This document shows positions 27,501 to 38,414 of a stretch of DNA of 64,000 bases, piece after piece. Source of the stretch: Haliotis cracherodii (lineage: Eukaryota); assembly GCF_022045235.1 (NCBI RefSeq), contig NW_027266275.1:41168001-41232000 (forward strand), given 5' to 3'. Numbering within the stretch: position 1 is the stretch's first letter; every line of letters starts with the position of its first letter. The translations under genes and the position numbers were made by a program. Below the pieces are notes generated by a model. The model saw only the letters and a program-made list of their open reading frames with translations, was not told where the DNA came from and did no database searches.

Positions 27501-29052
27501 ATTCAACTCTTCTCCAGGTTGATTCACCTGTTATATATAATGACTATTCGCCTCTTCTCCAGGTTGATTCACCTGTTATATGTAATGACTATTCGCCTCT
27601 TCTCTGCAGGTTGATTCACCTGTGATATATACTGACTATTCACCTCCTCTTTCCAGGTTGATTCACCTGTGATATATAATGACTATTCACCTCTTCTCTG
27701 CAGGTTGATTCACCTGGTCATCACAGTGGGGTTCCAGGTCCTAGTGATGAGGGACATGGAGAAGCTGACGGGTGCTATTCGTATGGCTATCATCTACCTA
27801 GGCACCGGCATCTGTGGCAACCTTGCCAGCAGTGTCTTCCTGCCGTATGTTGTAGAGGTGAGATCATCTTTCACAGCTCACCTTAAACAACCCCTACTTA
27901 TTGCAGCCTGAGTTGCCTTCATCCTAGGAATAGGCCCTTTCCAAGATTTGAAAGCAATTCCAATTATTGACCATTAGTTTCAGTATCAGATGTGTGGGTC
28001 ATTTTTTGTATAAGATTGACAAGACGATGGTATTTTCTGACCCTGGTAATACGTATTTGGCAAATTCCTTTTCAGTGAGTAGTTTCAGAGATGAACAAAA
28101 TTAAATTCAACTGAATGGAACTAAGAACCCCAATCAGAAAATAAAAAAAAAAATAGGTCAGATGTATTTTTGTTTGCATGACTGCCCTATCTTTGATAGA
28201 TAAGATAACAAAGATACAGCAGAAACAGTCATATGAAACTATGAATGTTTTAAGCTATGATTAATCACATGTATTGTATGCAGCCTCTGGCCACTGCTGA
28301 CCTCGAAAAAACAGAACAAAACTTTCAGAAGTAGACATTGTGAATATATATGCATGTTGCTGTAATATACTTCACCTCTTTGCCTTGAACAAAATATTTA
28401 GCATATATGTTTTCCCACTATGCTGACCGACCAAATGCCAAATGAAATAGGAAGACTATTGAGCTACACAAAAGTTTTTTCTTATTTTTATATCAACTAA
28501 CACAATTTGGTAAAAAGTTTTTAGAAAAGTGCACCCTTATTGTGAAAGTTTTCAATCCATGCATGCCGTTTCTATGGTAATCCTGTGCTGACAATGGTGT
28601 GTCTATTCCAGGCTGGCCCGTCCGGCTCCCAGTTCGGCATCCTGGCCTGCCTGCTGGTGGAGGTGCTACAGAGTTGGCCCAGGTACAAGAAGCCAGCCAT
28701 TGCCGTGCTCAAACTCGTTGTTCCGATCGTCATACTTTTCCTCCTGGGACTTTTACCGTGGTTTGACAACTGGGCTCACTTGTTTGGCTTCTTCTTTGGC
28801 TTCCTCCTCGCGTTTGCATTTTTGCCGTACGTGGCATTCGGAAAACTGGACCGGCGACGGAAGATTATCACTATTGTCATCACACTGTGCTTGTCTGTCG
28901 GCATCTTTGTCCTGCTCGTCATCTTGTTTTATGTAGTCCCACTCACAAACTGTCCTGGGTGCCAGTATTTCAACTGTATTCCTTTTACAGCCGATTTCTG
29001 TAAAAACATGGGCGTCACCATCAAGAGAAATTCTACGTATAGCACATTTTAG
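9483..29052 (+). CDS. RHBDF1: Inactive rhomboid protein (iRhom / RHBDF1-2 ortholog), 14 coding exons, ~762 aa
   Basis: Exons 9483-9589, 12316-12631, 13898-14005, 14978-15114, 16220-16459, 19600-19711, 21257-21331, 21976-22137, 22395-22483, 23085-23148, 23467-23649, 25962-26062, 27704-27857, 28612-29052. All GT-AG with matching phases, 2289 nt. Motifs [79 protein letters not shown]. Confidence 0.95.
10182..10662. mobile_element. MITE, same family as 56130-56625 (degraded copy)
   Basis: Begins caatctcattaaaat; the internal sequence aligns by eye with 56130-56625. Confidence 0.8.
11112..11455. mobile_element. Tc1/mariner(pogo)-type MITE with TA TSD
   Basis: TIR ccgtattcgacg(a/t)aataagcgccca at both ends, flanked by TA/TA. 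A second partial copy lies at 36049-36355. Confidence 0.88.
11833..12085 (-). mobile_element. Penelope-like retroelement 3' remnant with a minimal hammerhead-like motif
   Basis: Minus-strand [19 protein letters not shown] resembles the C-terminus of PLE GIY-YIG ORFs, followed by TTGACAA-C-GGTATA(loop)TATACC-GAAACGTC at 11908-11871. Confidence 0.7.
12316..12631 (+). CDS. RHBDF1: iRhom coding exon 2
   Basis: [12 protein letters not shown]...GKLKK...RKDSVVKM; cAG and GTAAGT boundaries. Confidence 0.9.
12720..13429. mobile_element. hAT-like MITE (8-bp TSD gtagttac) with a nested SINE
   Basis: TAGGG...CCCTTA termini; gtagttac at 12712-12719 and 13430-13437. Confidence 0.7.
12823..13092 (+). mobile_element. 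tRNA-derived SINE (5'-truncated) with (ACTC)n tail
   Basis: B box GGTTCGAATCCC, tail aaagcggcataaaaccaaactcactcactc, flanking repeat caaaattttga on both sides; closely similar to 54730-55009. Confidence 0.9.
13898..14005 (+). CDS. RHBDF1: iRhom coding exon 3
   Basis: [25 protein letters not shown]...; polypyrimidine-tAG acceptor and CAG|GTATAT donor; phase 0/0. Confidence 0.85.
14470..14898. mobile_element. Degraded MITE-like element with repeated (A/C)CTTGAA motifs
   Basis: Termini agggtttgtacag ... ctgtatgaacctg are imperfect inverted repeats; internal ccttgaa repeats. Confidence 0.55.
14978..15114 (+). CDS. RHBDF1: iRhom coding exon 4
   Basis: [18 protein letters not shown]...; tgcAG / GTAATG. 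Confidence 0.85.
16220..16459 (+). CDS. RHBDF1: iRhom coding exon 5
   Basis: ...[14 protein letters not shown]...[12 protein letters not shown]; ttcAG / GTAGGC. Confidence 0.92.
16484..19198 (+). mobile_element. Non-autonomous DIRS1-like (tyrosine recombinase retrotransposon) element: ITRs plus internal complementary region (ICR)
   Basis: ~190-bp inverted repeats at 16497-16686 and 18966-19155. ICR 18827-18917 is complementary to the joined right end plus left end. GC-rich interior with no intact RT/YR. Confidence 0.8.
19600..19711 (+). CDS. RHBDF1: iRhom coding exon 6 (TM1)
   Basis: [28 protein letters not shown]. Confidence 0.95.
19930..21267 (+). repeat. Minisatellite (~29/39-bp units, catacttacatgccctgtgttgtactgtc) merging into the iRhom exon 7 acceptor
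   Basis: Direct tandem repeat; the Cys-rich ORFs here are repeat translations. Confidence 0.95.
21257..21331 (+). CDS. RHBDF1: iRhom coding exon 7
   Basis: [25 protein letters not shown]; 75 nt, phase 0/0; the acceptor is the last unit of the upstream minisatellite. Confidence 0.88.
21976..22137 (+). CDS. RHBDF1: iRhom coding exon 8 (iRhom homology domain)
   Basis: [15 protein letters not shown]...[13 protein letters not shown]. Confidence 0.95.
22395..22483 (+). CDS. RHBDF1: iRhom coding exon 9
   Basis: SLLSTFLKW...[11 protein letters not shown]. Confidence 0.93.
23085..23148 (+). CDS. RHBDF1: iRhom coding exon 10
   Basis: [21 protein letters not shown]. Confidence 0.93.
23467..23649 (+). 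CDS. RHBDF1: iRhom coding exon 11
   Basis: [27 protein letters not shown]...[12 protein letters not shown]. Confidence 0.95.
24672..25702 (+). repeat. 30-bp minisatellite (cacatgcacaccgtgcctgcttgaactgac), ~34 copies
   Basis: Exact 30-bp period visible line to line. Confidence 0.97.
25962..26062 (+). CDS. RHBDF1: iRhom coding exon 12
   Basis: [34 protein letters not shown]. Confidence 0.95.
26190..26518 (+). mobile_element. hAT-like MITE (TIR CAGTGT..GAAATAA, 8-bp TSD)
   Basis: TSD cagtgagg/cagtgggg; an inverted homologous copy lies at 46849-47172. Confidence 0.82.
26875..27716 (+). repeat. 47-bp minisatellite whose unit is the iRhom exon 13 3' splice site (18 units)
   Basis: Unit tgactattcacctcttctctccAG|GTTGATTCACCTGtgatatatac; the last unit is the real acceptor (AG 27702-27703). 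Confidence 0.95.
27704..27857 (+). CDS. RHBDF1: iRhom coding exon 13
   Basis: [51 protein letters not shown]; the acceptor is the last unit of the 47-bp array. Confidence 0.95.
28612..29052 (+). CDS. RHBDF1: iRhom terminal coding exon 14
   Basis: [17 protein letters not shown]...[18 protein letters not shown]...[14 protein letters not shown], stop TAG. Confidence 0.96.
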   Translation, partial: AGPSGSQFGILACLLVEVLQSWPRYKKPAIAVLKLVVPIVILFLLGLLPWFDNWAHLFGFFFGFLLAFAFLPYVAFGKLDRRRKIITIVITLCLSVGIFVLLVILFYVVPLTNCPGCQYFNCIPFTADFCKNMGVTIKRNSTYSTF

Positions 29053-30049
29053 TTGAAGCTGTCTGTAAGATCTATTTTTATTTGCTCAATATGAAAGATG
29101 TTACAGTATCAAGCATGTTGTGATCAGACAAACCAGTGTTTGACTAATTAACTGCCACCAGTGTCTACCGATGACATTGCATAATATGGTATGTGTTAGT
29201 TTCTAGGCAACATAGTTGGTTCTCAGGCAAAGAAATCATGGACAGATAGATGGTGTTTTGTGAGTGAAATTGGTTTCAATCTGGTGGCCTGTTTTTGTCT
29301 GATAGCAAACTAAACATGGCACTGATGACTGAGAATTTATAGTTCTTCCTTATTGTTTCACAGATCTGTATCCTCATTGTAATCAAAAACATGTACTGTG
29401 AGAAATAACATAAAGAAATCTTTTTAATTTTCTTATCAGAAGAAAAATTTACGTTCGAATTAACTTATTTTTGTATAAGATTGCAGTTTGTTATTAGATT
29501 AAGCCAGTTTAGGTAAGATGTTTGCCTGAGAATATCACAAAGATATATTGTTGACAAATTAGGTAATGAGAAAAGTATCTTCTCTTTTATAGATGATGCA
29601 GAAGACACAATTAACACTGTTTCACCGGTACATTATCTATAAATGTTGGTGATTGTATTACCCAATCATGCAGCTTCATCTTTGGCAGCACTTCCTGACA
29701 CAGATAACCACAACAGACTACCAACAGGAACATATTTCTGTAAAGCAGTGTGTTTGTGTAATGCATGTTTTTGTCAATCCAAATATAAGATGTCATCTTA
29801 CAAGTATAACATTGCTTCCTTGATGTGATTTAAAGTGCTGTCCAATTCTTTAAATTGTTCCACATTCCTGATTAATGTATTTCAACATGGGTTATGTCTA
29901 TGATGTTGATTGATGGTTAAGATTATTTTGCCTCACTAATCAAGATACAATTCGAATACAATGTGCCTTTCTTTGTACCAATTATCTTTCTACTAGGACT
30001 TGAGAATCATTCCATTATTATTCAATGTGGAGGCTGTCATCTCACTGGT

Positions 30050-31055
30050 AGACTAGTGTGATTACTGATCAACTGGTTTAATTAATGATAGACTAATATG
30101 GTTACTGATGGACTGGTATAATTACTGATGGACTTGTTTGATTATTGATGGACTAGTGTGATTACTGATTGACAAATATGGTTACTGATGAACTAATTTG
30201 ATTACCAATGGACTAGTGTGATTACTGATGGATTAATTTAATTACTGATGGACTTGTGTGATTACTGATAGACTAGTATAATTACTGATAGATTTCTGTG
30301 ATTACTGATGGATGAGTATGATTACCTATTGATTAGTGTAATTATTGATGGACTAGTATGATTACTGATAGACAAATATGGTTACTGATGGACTAATTTG
30401 ATTACCAATGGACGAGTGTGATTACTGATGGATTAATTTAATTACTGATGGACTTGTGTGATTACTGATAGACTAGTATAATTACTGATAGATTTCTGTG
30501 ATTACTGATGGATGAGTATGATTACCTATTGACTAGTGTAATTATTGATGGACTAGTGTGATAACTGATGGACTAGTATGATAACTGATGGATTAATATG
30601 ATTACTGATGGACTAGTGTGATTTCTGATGGATTAATATGATTACTGATTGATTAATATGATTACTGAAGGACTAGTATAATTGCTGATGGGCAAGTGTG
30701 ATTATTGATGGACTAATATGATTGCCAATGGACTAGTGTGATTACTGACCGATTAATATGATTACTGATGTACTAGTGTGATTACTGATGGATTAGTATG
30801 AATACCGATGGACTATTGTAATTACTAATGGACTATTGTGATTACTGGACTACTGATTTACTAGTGTGATTACTGATGGACTAGTATAATTAGTGAGGGA
30901 CTTGTGTGATTACTGGTGGACTAGTGTGGTTATTGATGGATTAATATGATTACTGATGGACTAGTGTGATTACTGATGGATTAATATGATTATTGATGGA
31001 CTAGTGTGATTACTGATGGACTAGTATAATTACTGATGGACTGGTATGAGTACTA
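30050..31055 (+). repeat. 20-bp minisatellite (attactgatggactagtgtg) downstream of the iRhom stop, possibly in the 3' UTR
   Basis: ~50 diverged 20-bp units, including a ~190-bp higher-order duplication. Confidence 0.93.
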
Positions 31056-32579
31056 GTAGGATATAACCTAATATCTCTGTCTCAGCTTGCCAGTCATTTA
31101 CTATTCGCAAAAGTTTTTAAAATTGATTTAATAACATGAATGTTTATAGGTAGTGTTTTACTCTTCCTAACGAGTCTGTAACAAAGTTTGTTACAACAAA
31201 AAAACTCTGAAGAAGAAAATCCATATGGGCAGGGAAGTAGCTCTTACTTTTGAATCAAAGAAATGCTTTTCTTACATTGTTTTACATTATTTCATCCTAG
31301 CATATATAAATTTAAGATACCATTTAAAATCGTACTTCTACCACCATGCCCATGGTCTTTTTTTATTTAATATCTATTGCATCACATGTAATTGGTTTAT
31401 GTGCATCCAAAACTTTTGTGGAGATTGTCTTCTCATACATATGCAACTTCATTCCCCATGTACAACTGTAGATTACCATTGGAGTTATTTATGTACCATT
31501 CCCACTTTATGCAGGCTATGTTACAACTGTCTTATAACACTCCTGTGTGCCTTCCACATGATCTACACTGATGCTGGTGCATCATCAAAGCAACATCATT
31601 TTGTAAGTATATTATTTTCAGTATGGTTTAAGTATTTTTATAAACTGCTGGTCATAGCATGATATGATAAGAGAATAGCTGTAGAGTATGAACGTAAGGA
31701 AAGGGTTTGGGAAATCTTTCATTCTATGCATAATTTTGTTCACTTTTGATATGGTATACATTTATTCCACACCAGACTTAGTAGTGTGTGTGTGTCTCCA
31801 TCAACAGTCTTACAGATGAAGGATGGAGCATTGTACTGATACAACTCAAGTCTCAGTTTTTATATATTTATTACTACAAATACCTACTGATCATTATTCA
31901 TAAGTCAGTATTTTTCATGAGGCAATAAATTGCAAAAAGACCACAGAAACTGAGTATTACTATTTTCATGGTATTAAAAAATATTTATTTATATGCCTTG
32001 TCAAATAGTTTGCAATAATTGTCATGTTCTTCAGACTCAGGAGCTTATCACTATTGTACCCATTGCCTCAAACCATGCTGCAAGTCTGAGTGTTCTAAGT
32101 GCTTTAATTTATGCTTTAGGTCCAACTGTAACAGTTGTACTAGTGAACAATTGTGATATTGAATTATAATTGATTCTGACAATGAAAGTCCCTTCCTCAA
32201 TATGTTTGGTTTTCACAGGATATTAATCACGGGGAAGACTAGGTACCACATGCTTGTCATTAAGGGCAGACAAATGAGGATCAGTTCGTCACAATGGCTG
32301 CTCATTATGCACAGTATTTGAATACATGACCAAATGGGTGATATTTATTCATAGTCGTGACCATTTGTGCAGAATTGTCTCCCTTAGCTCTTTTAGGATC
32401 TGCTGGTCACAGGTTCCTAGATTTTCTGATTATGATCCTTGGTCTTGCAGCAACATGTCCATGTTTGTGGGTCTCACCAAAGTGTGTGACAGGTGTTCAC
32501 TATTGTTTGTCACAGGTGTTCATATCTGTGAATCACCTGTCTTACAATAGAAGTGGCATGTGCCCAGGTACTCATTTAC

Positions 32580-32742
32580 ACATGCCTGACTTGGTTGATG
32601 CATGTCATTGTATCCCAATTGTGTGGATTGATGCTCATGATGTCAATCACTGGATTGTCTGGTCCAGACACGATTATTTACAGACTGCCGACACATAGCT
32701 GGAATATTGCTGAGCGCGGCGTTAAACATCAAACAAAACAAA
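32580..32742 (+). mobile_element. SINE body/tail fragment (second SINE family)
   Basis: gatgctcatgatgtcaatcactggattgtctggtccagac...gctggaatattgctgagcgcggcgttaaacatcaaacaaaac; related copies at 34470-34680 (-), 35250-35382 (+) and 47270-47440 (-). Confidence 0.8.
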
Positions 32743-32817
32743 ATATTTTCACATGCAAACCGGTAGGTAACTGTTTAATAAGCTTTCTAGTAGTTGGGGA
32801 GTAAATAAGAAAATGTA

Positions 32818-32998
32818 CAACTTTATGTATAACTACTTCTGTTTTATTGCATATAGCAACGTTTTGATGTAGATTCTTGTAGATTGTAAATTCCATTTAG
32901 ATTCTTACACCGTTATTGCTCCAGCTTGATAACGGTGTCAGAATCTACATCGAAACATTGCTTCATGCAATACACCCAAATTTGTTATCCACAAAGTT
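32818..32998. mobile_element. Inverted pair of Penelope-like terminal repeats with degenerate hammerhead-like motifs
   Basis: Palindromic arrangement; plus strand agc-TTGATAA-c-ggtgt..acatc-GAAA-catt-gct at 32923-32962, homologous to 11871-11908. Confidence 0.6.
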
Positions 32999-33204
32999 AA
33001 ACGTTTTCTTTAGGTGTTCAAACAGATGAAACAATTTTGCATGTACTCCGTTCATCTAACTTGAACCTCAAGGTGAAGGTTGCCATGGTTCCCCTGCTCC
33101 AGACTTGACCCCTGCCCCTCCTAATACTGATTATAGCGTACAAGGACAGGGAGCATGCTTGGCCCAGTTGTGTGAGGCACTATGATTCACTGCCCCTCAT
33201 ATAC

Positions 33205-33414
33205 ATGACAGGGACCTAGGACTGTTGCTTCTAATCCCAGTTTTTCCCCAATTATATTTCTTGGTTTGTCAGCCCCATACCTGTGCTCATGGGTTTCGCC
33301 AAAGTGGTAAAAGGCTGAGATCTGCATCACTCTGGGCTTTCCTCCCACATCACATGTCGTGATGTAACTGAAATACTGTTCAAAACGGTGTTAAACCCAA
33401 CTCACTCACTCACT
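33205..33414 (+). mobile_element. tRNA-derived SINE, diverged copy
   Basis: Aligns with the 54730-55009 body; ends ggtgttaaacccaactcactcactcactc. Confidence 0.85.
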
Positions 33415-34469
33415 CTACTTGACAGAAGTGTCACCGGGGAGGAACAGAGCACAGTATTCATGAGCACATTTCTACATGCTGATACCTTTTGAATGTTTCG
33501 TTGTAAATATCTACCAAAATACTGTCATACCCTCAATGAAGTTTCATGTCATTATACATTGGTTCTGTGATCTCTGTCAGAGATCTCTTCAATAATATTA
33601 TCTTCATGCATTTCAGCTTGTTTATCTGAAATCACTGATGCTTTGTTGTGGAATAATAGTGGAAGCTTAGCAATCAAAAGCCATTGCAGCCGTTGTTAAT
33701 TTTGAAATACAATTGTTATATGGCATTTTGGTGGCATAATGCCTGTCTTAATAATAATTTTATTCAAAGTTGATTTTATAAATCTCAAATGCCTTCACAA
33801 CCAGACCTTTTTTTAATTTTACAAATGAACCTGCCCAAATTTTAAAAATCTTTTGAGATTATGAATCCGAAATATGAGAATATTATTTTTGTATTTAATG
33901 TTTTTTTCTTTTCACACATTAATGGTTTATTTGTTTAATTCTTATGGAAAAATTGGTCTGGTCGAAGATGATTTCATTCAAACTTAAATTGCTTTTAACA
34001 TTTTTAATGAATATTTATATTTAATTATTGCTTATAGAGAGTGTACATACTGTACTTTGTTATGTTGTTGATAGTTTATGAATGACTGTAACCGTGGCGC
34101 TGAAGGGACATATAGTCTTGTCACTGTCATATACTGACTTACATGTGTTGTTCATTTGAATGGATTTTATACTGATGTTTTACATACTAAATATTTATGT
34201 TTGCTTCAATGATTTGTAGAAAATAAACTTGATTTCCCAATGGAATTATTAATATTTCACCTATGCTTGCAATGAGGATACAGATCTGTGTAAATTTAAG
34301 GTGAGTCACAAAGCATTCAGCCCTAGCAGGTTGAACATGGAAACATTTCTTCATGTGTGTTTTAGTGTTTGTCAAAGCTATTTGGTCACTTGAGACAACC
34401 TGTCATATTCCTGTGGTCTGTGGGGATGCCATGTTACAATATGTCCCCACTATCCCATGCTTGTCAAGA

Positions 34470-34682
34470 GTTTGTTTGTTTAACACTGCACTCTGCAATA
34501 TTCGAGCTATATGACGGCAGTCTGTAAATAATCGCATCTGGGCCAGCCAATCTAGTGATTGACATCATGAGCATCAATCGACTCAATAGGGATACGATGA
34601 CATGCATCGACCAAGTCAGCAAGCCTGACTACCCGCCTCTTACAAGAAGCATAGTCACCTTTTACGACAAGCATGGGTTGCT
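34470..34682 (-). mobile_element. SINE fragment (second family)
   Basis: Reverse complement of the 32580-32742 type sequence. Confidence 0.75.
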
Positions 34683-34799
34683 ATTATTTACAGACTACTG
34701 TGATAGAGGTGGAATGTTTGTGACTTGCATCAAACAAGAAACAAATCGTCAAATTCCAGGTCCTGCAGGTGGCGTGTGTGCTCCACAACTGAAGACATT

Positions 34800-35243
34800 A
34801 TTGGACCAAAGGAGCAGATCATAACTGGAAGAATGACATGGGATATGTCACGTTCTTCTTGGGAGTGCCTGGATCAGTTTGTGCCGGTTGGCTGGAGGAC
34901 GTGGTTGCTGTTAAACACCACCATCCATGACGTCCCAGAGGTGTTCTGTGGGGGACATGTCTTGGGAGCGTGCAGGCCACGGCAACACGTTGTATTTGTT
35001 TGCTGCAAGGAAGTTCTGTACCTTTCGGGCTGTATGGGGTCTGACGTTGTCATGCTGATAAAGGATACCACGTGGCAGCTGTTGTAGAAATGGTAGGACA
35101 ATCGGACAAAGAATGTCTTCTATGTAACGCTGAGCTGCCAAATTTCCATTAACGATGACCATGGGTGTTCTCTCCTGCCCACAAATTCCTCCCCACACCA
35201 TAACACACCCTCCACCATACAGCCAATCTCCTGAATGCAACAT
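34800..35243 (-). mobile_element. Tc1 transposase C-terminal DDE fragment
   Basis: GGGCVMVWGGI, YQHDNVRPH and WPARSQDMSPTEHLW motifs. Confidence 0.9.
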
Positions 35244-36048
35244 GCCACTCGTTGATGCATGTCATTGTGTCCCAACTGCGTAGATCGATGTTCATGATGT
35301 CAATCAATGGATTATCTGGTCCAGACCACCATCATAAAGCTGGAATATTGCTAAGTGCGGCATTAAACAACAAACAAACAAAACCTCCTCACTCATTGGC
35401 CTGTGTTATAGGGTGGGAACGAGGGAGGAAGCTGCGGTTATCTGTCAAGCTGGGCATTTCACTCAATGCAAAGTAACTTCAAGAACCACAAACAATTAAC
35501 TACAACGCAATCCTCATTATCAACATATTTATTTGAAAATTGGATGATAATTTCATAACCCATCATTATCAAAATATATACCACATAGTGTTTATTGTTG
35601 TGATATCACCACATAATAGCATCAACATGAAGATGTAGAATCCACATAATACATGCAGACACAGCTCTCATGTACATTACACAACTAGATGCAGAACATC
35701 AAGAAGCTACAACACAAAGCACTATTAGATACAGGAAGTCACCTTTACTGCACAAAACATGTAATATGCACATAATACATGACCTTGGATCTTGCCTCAA
35801 CATTCATTGTCTTCAATGATCCTAACATTCGACCTGGCAATATTTTCTTTGGTTTTATACAATGCATAACTGCTGTTCTACTTCCACAAAGAGATCTTAG
35901 CACTATGAAAACCATATCACAATGAGAACTTAGCACTATGAAAACCATATCACCCAGATCTTAGCATTCTGAACATCAATGAAAGAGACAACGTTTATCG
36001 CTTGAACACAAACATATATCTGACATAGACAAGACAAACATCCAAGTA

Positions 36049-36355
36049 CCGTATTCGACGAAATAAGCGCCAAGGGCGCTCTCAAAATTAGAAATAGGGG
36101 GCTCTTATTAGAATATATTTTTGGTGAAAGAGTTGAGAGATCGTAAAATTTGTGGTTTAAGCCGACAGCCTGAAATGATACAAAAGAAAGGTCGATGCGT
36201 ATTTTCACGACAGATATATTTTTTTCCAGAATTTAATTGCCCGTAATTAAGGGTGCATATAACACAGGAGTGCGTATTATACACGAATAAATATGTCCTG
36301 TGTACATTGATGAATCGGAAGGGTGCTAATTGGGATTGTTCACTAGCAAATATCA
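36049..36355 (-). mobile_element. Partial copy of the TA-TSD MITE at 11112-11455
   Basis: ta-ccgtattcgacgaaataagcgcc terminus; the interior is the reverse complement of 11160-11455. Confidence 0.85.
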
Positions 36356-37229
36356 TCACTTAACTTGAGGTGGCCACAAACGAGTTACCACGAGCTCACT
36401 TCACGTTCACTGTCAGGTGAGCTAAAAGTTCAGGTTCATTTCTGAAATCAGTTAGTTGACCAGTGATCTTGTCAAGGATTTTGTACCCTTTTCTACAGAC
36501 AATATGAAGAGGAATTAAGAACATTTGAAAGAGGGATATATTACGTCCTCTGAATTCATCTGTAATCCCATGAACCACCCCTGGATGTGCCACTAAATCT
36601 GTGTCGACAGAGAGGAAAGATTGTGTTGTCCACAATCAAACATGGTGAAACAAAGCCTTTCACCAGTATAGTATTATGAAGCAAAGCATCCACATCATAT
36701 CAACAAACTATTCCTTTCATCTCATTGATCTGCCAAGAAGATAAGAGAAGAGATAACCATTTATCAAGCATAAATGACAAACAATTCCAATAAAAGACAA
36801 TGCCATAATCAATAGCAATGGAATTTCTACATATATAAATAGGAGAAACATTATACTCACACAATCAGATTCCAATCTAGAATATAAACGTTATCACATC
36901 CACAGATAACAAATTTCCATTGATGGATCTGTGATGTTTTCAATTTTTTTCTATCAGATAAACACAACATATGTCCAGTATTGGTAAAGAAACTGTTGTC
37001 TTTTGCTATCTACAGAGACAAAGTGCAACTTGGACGTAACTAAATTCAAAGCTTATCTACATATGCTCCACCTTCCATTGAAAAACAGTTAGTGATGGAA
37101 CAAGAAGATATGATACACAATGCAAGACTGCTAAATTAACAGTTATGAAGAACATCACCGAGTCAGTGATATACCCAAAGTCATATCATAGGCTACACCT
37201 CTCACATTGAGCACATTGCTTGGGAGATC

Positions 37230-37515
37230 TGAGTGAGTGAGTGAGTGAGTTGGGTTAAACGCCGCTTTTAACAGTATACCAGTTATATCGGGGCATGTCA
37301 GCTTAATGTGCGAGGAAAGCCCGAAGTGATGCTGATCTCAGACGTTTACCACTTCGGTGAAACCCATGAGCACGGGTGTGGTGCTGACAAACCTAGAAAC
37401 AATTGGGGCGAACTGTGATTCGAACCCACAATCATAGGTTTCTGGCGTGCCCAAGGGACGCAACTCTGCACAGCGAATCACAGCGCCATAGACGACTGGA
37501 CCCCCCCGAGCCCCC
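37230..37515 (-). mobile_element. tRNA-derived SINE, full length
   Basis: Reverse complement of 54730-55009; (GAGT)n tail; flanking repeat tgggagat(c/t)tg. Confidence 0.9.
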
Positions 37516-38166
37516 TGGGAGATTTGGAAATGTCTTTGTGCAACATACAACTAGCAAGGGCTGACAAGATGGAGTCTTCTACCATGGCAATCTATTCTTA
37601 CATGTTGAATATTCAAAGGTGTGAGACCATTCTTTTACTTGGAAATACTCAATTTTGGACATTTTAAAGGTATTTTCAGAAATTAAGTAATATTTTGTTA
37701 TTAATTCTTTAATTCTGAAATAGAGTTTTACATTATCATGAACCCTCTTTCACTCATGTATCCCAACAATGTTTGTGTCACATTTGTGTGTGTACATGCT
37801 GTTCCACATAGAAAATATCTAGAAAACTAGTTGTGTCATGTGCTGCAATATAAGGACGTAATGGAGCCTTTATCTTGGAGATGCAACATATCTATAACAG
37901 AGTGATAAGATGTCATCTGTCGATGACGTTTTCTGATAAATCTATTTTAGAGGATACTTACACAGGGAGTGCACTGAATATGTAAACGGGCAAGTGAATG
38001 TATTGGCAAGTTGACACACACCTTATATTTCATACATCTATCTATGTATTTCAAGTCTTAATTCGGATCCTATTTGAAATGATTGGATGTGTCCTATAAT
38101 TGCACCAATTTAGGAACTTTCAACTGTTACCTGACTGCCAGTAATAAAGTGAAGAAATATACAATT

Positions 38167-38400
38167 TAATAAAAATCAGATCTTAGTTCTCGCTACCGCT
38201 AAACAAAGATCTGAGGACATCCCATTACGGGTCATATTAGACAGACCTTTCGCAAACTTTGAAAGACCAATGGAATGACGGACAAGAGGTTGACAATAGC
38301 CAATCAGAAGGCAGCTTAATCAAGCATTACGGCATGAGTTTCAAACAGGCGACCAAGCTTCGAAACATATTTTGACATATTCTTGATTAAAAAAATAAAT
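38167..38400. mobile_element. Half copy of the 56130-56625 MITE family
   Basis: aaaatcagatcttagttctcgctaccgctaaacaaagatctgaggacatccc matches the TIR. Confidence 0.8.
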
Positions 38401-38414
38401 AAAATTAAAACTAA

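Noticed and set aside
26875-27716. CRISPR-like array interpretation of this and other regular repeats
   Set aside because: Eukaryotic intron, no unique spacers (units are contiguous tandem copies), and no cas genes.
31225-31662. 145-aa ORF
   Set aside because: AT-rich with no recognisable motif, and located in the probable iRhom 3' UTR or flank.
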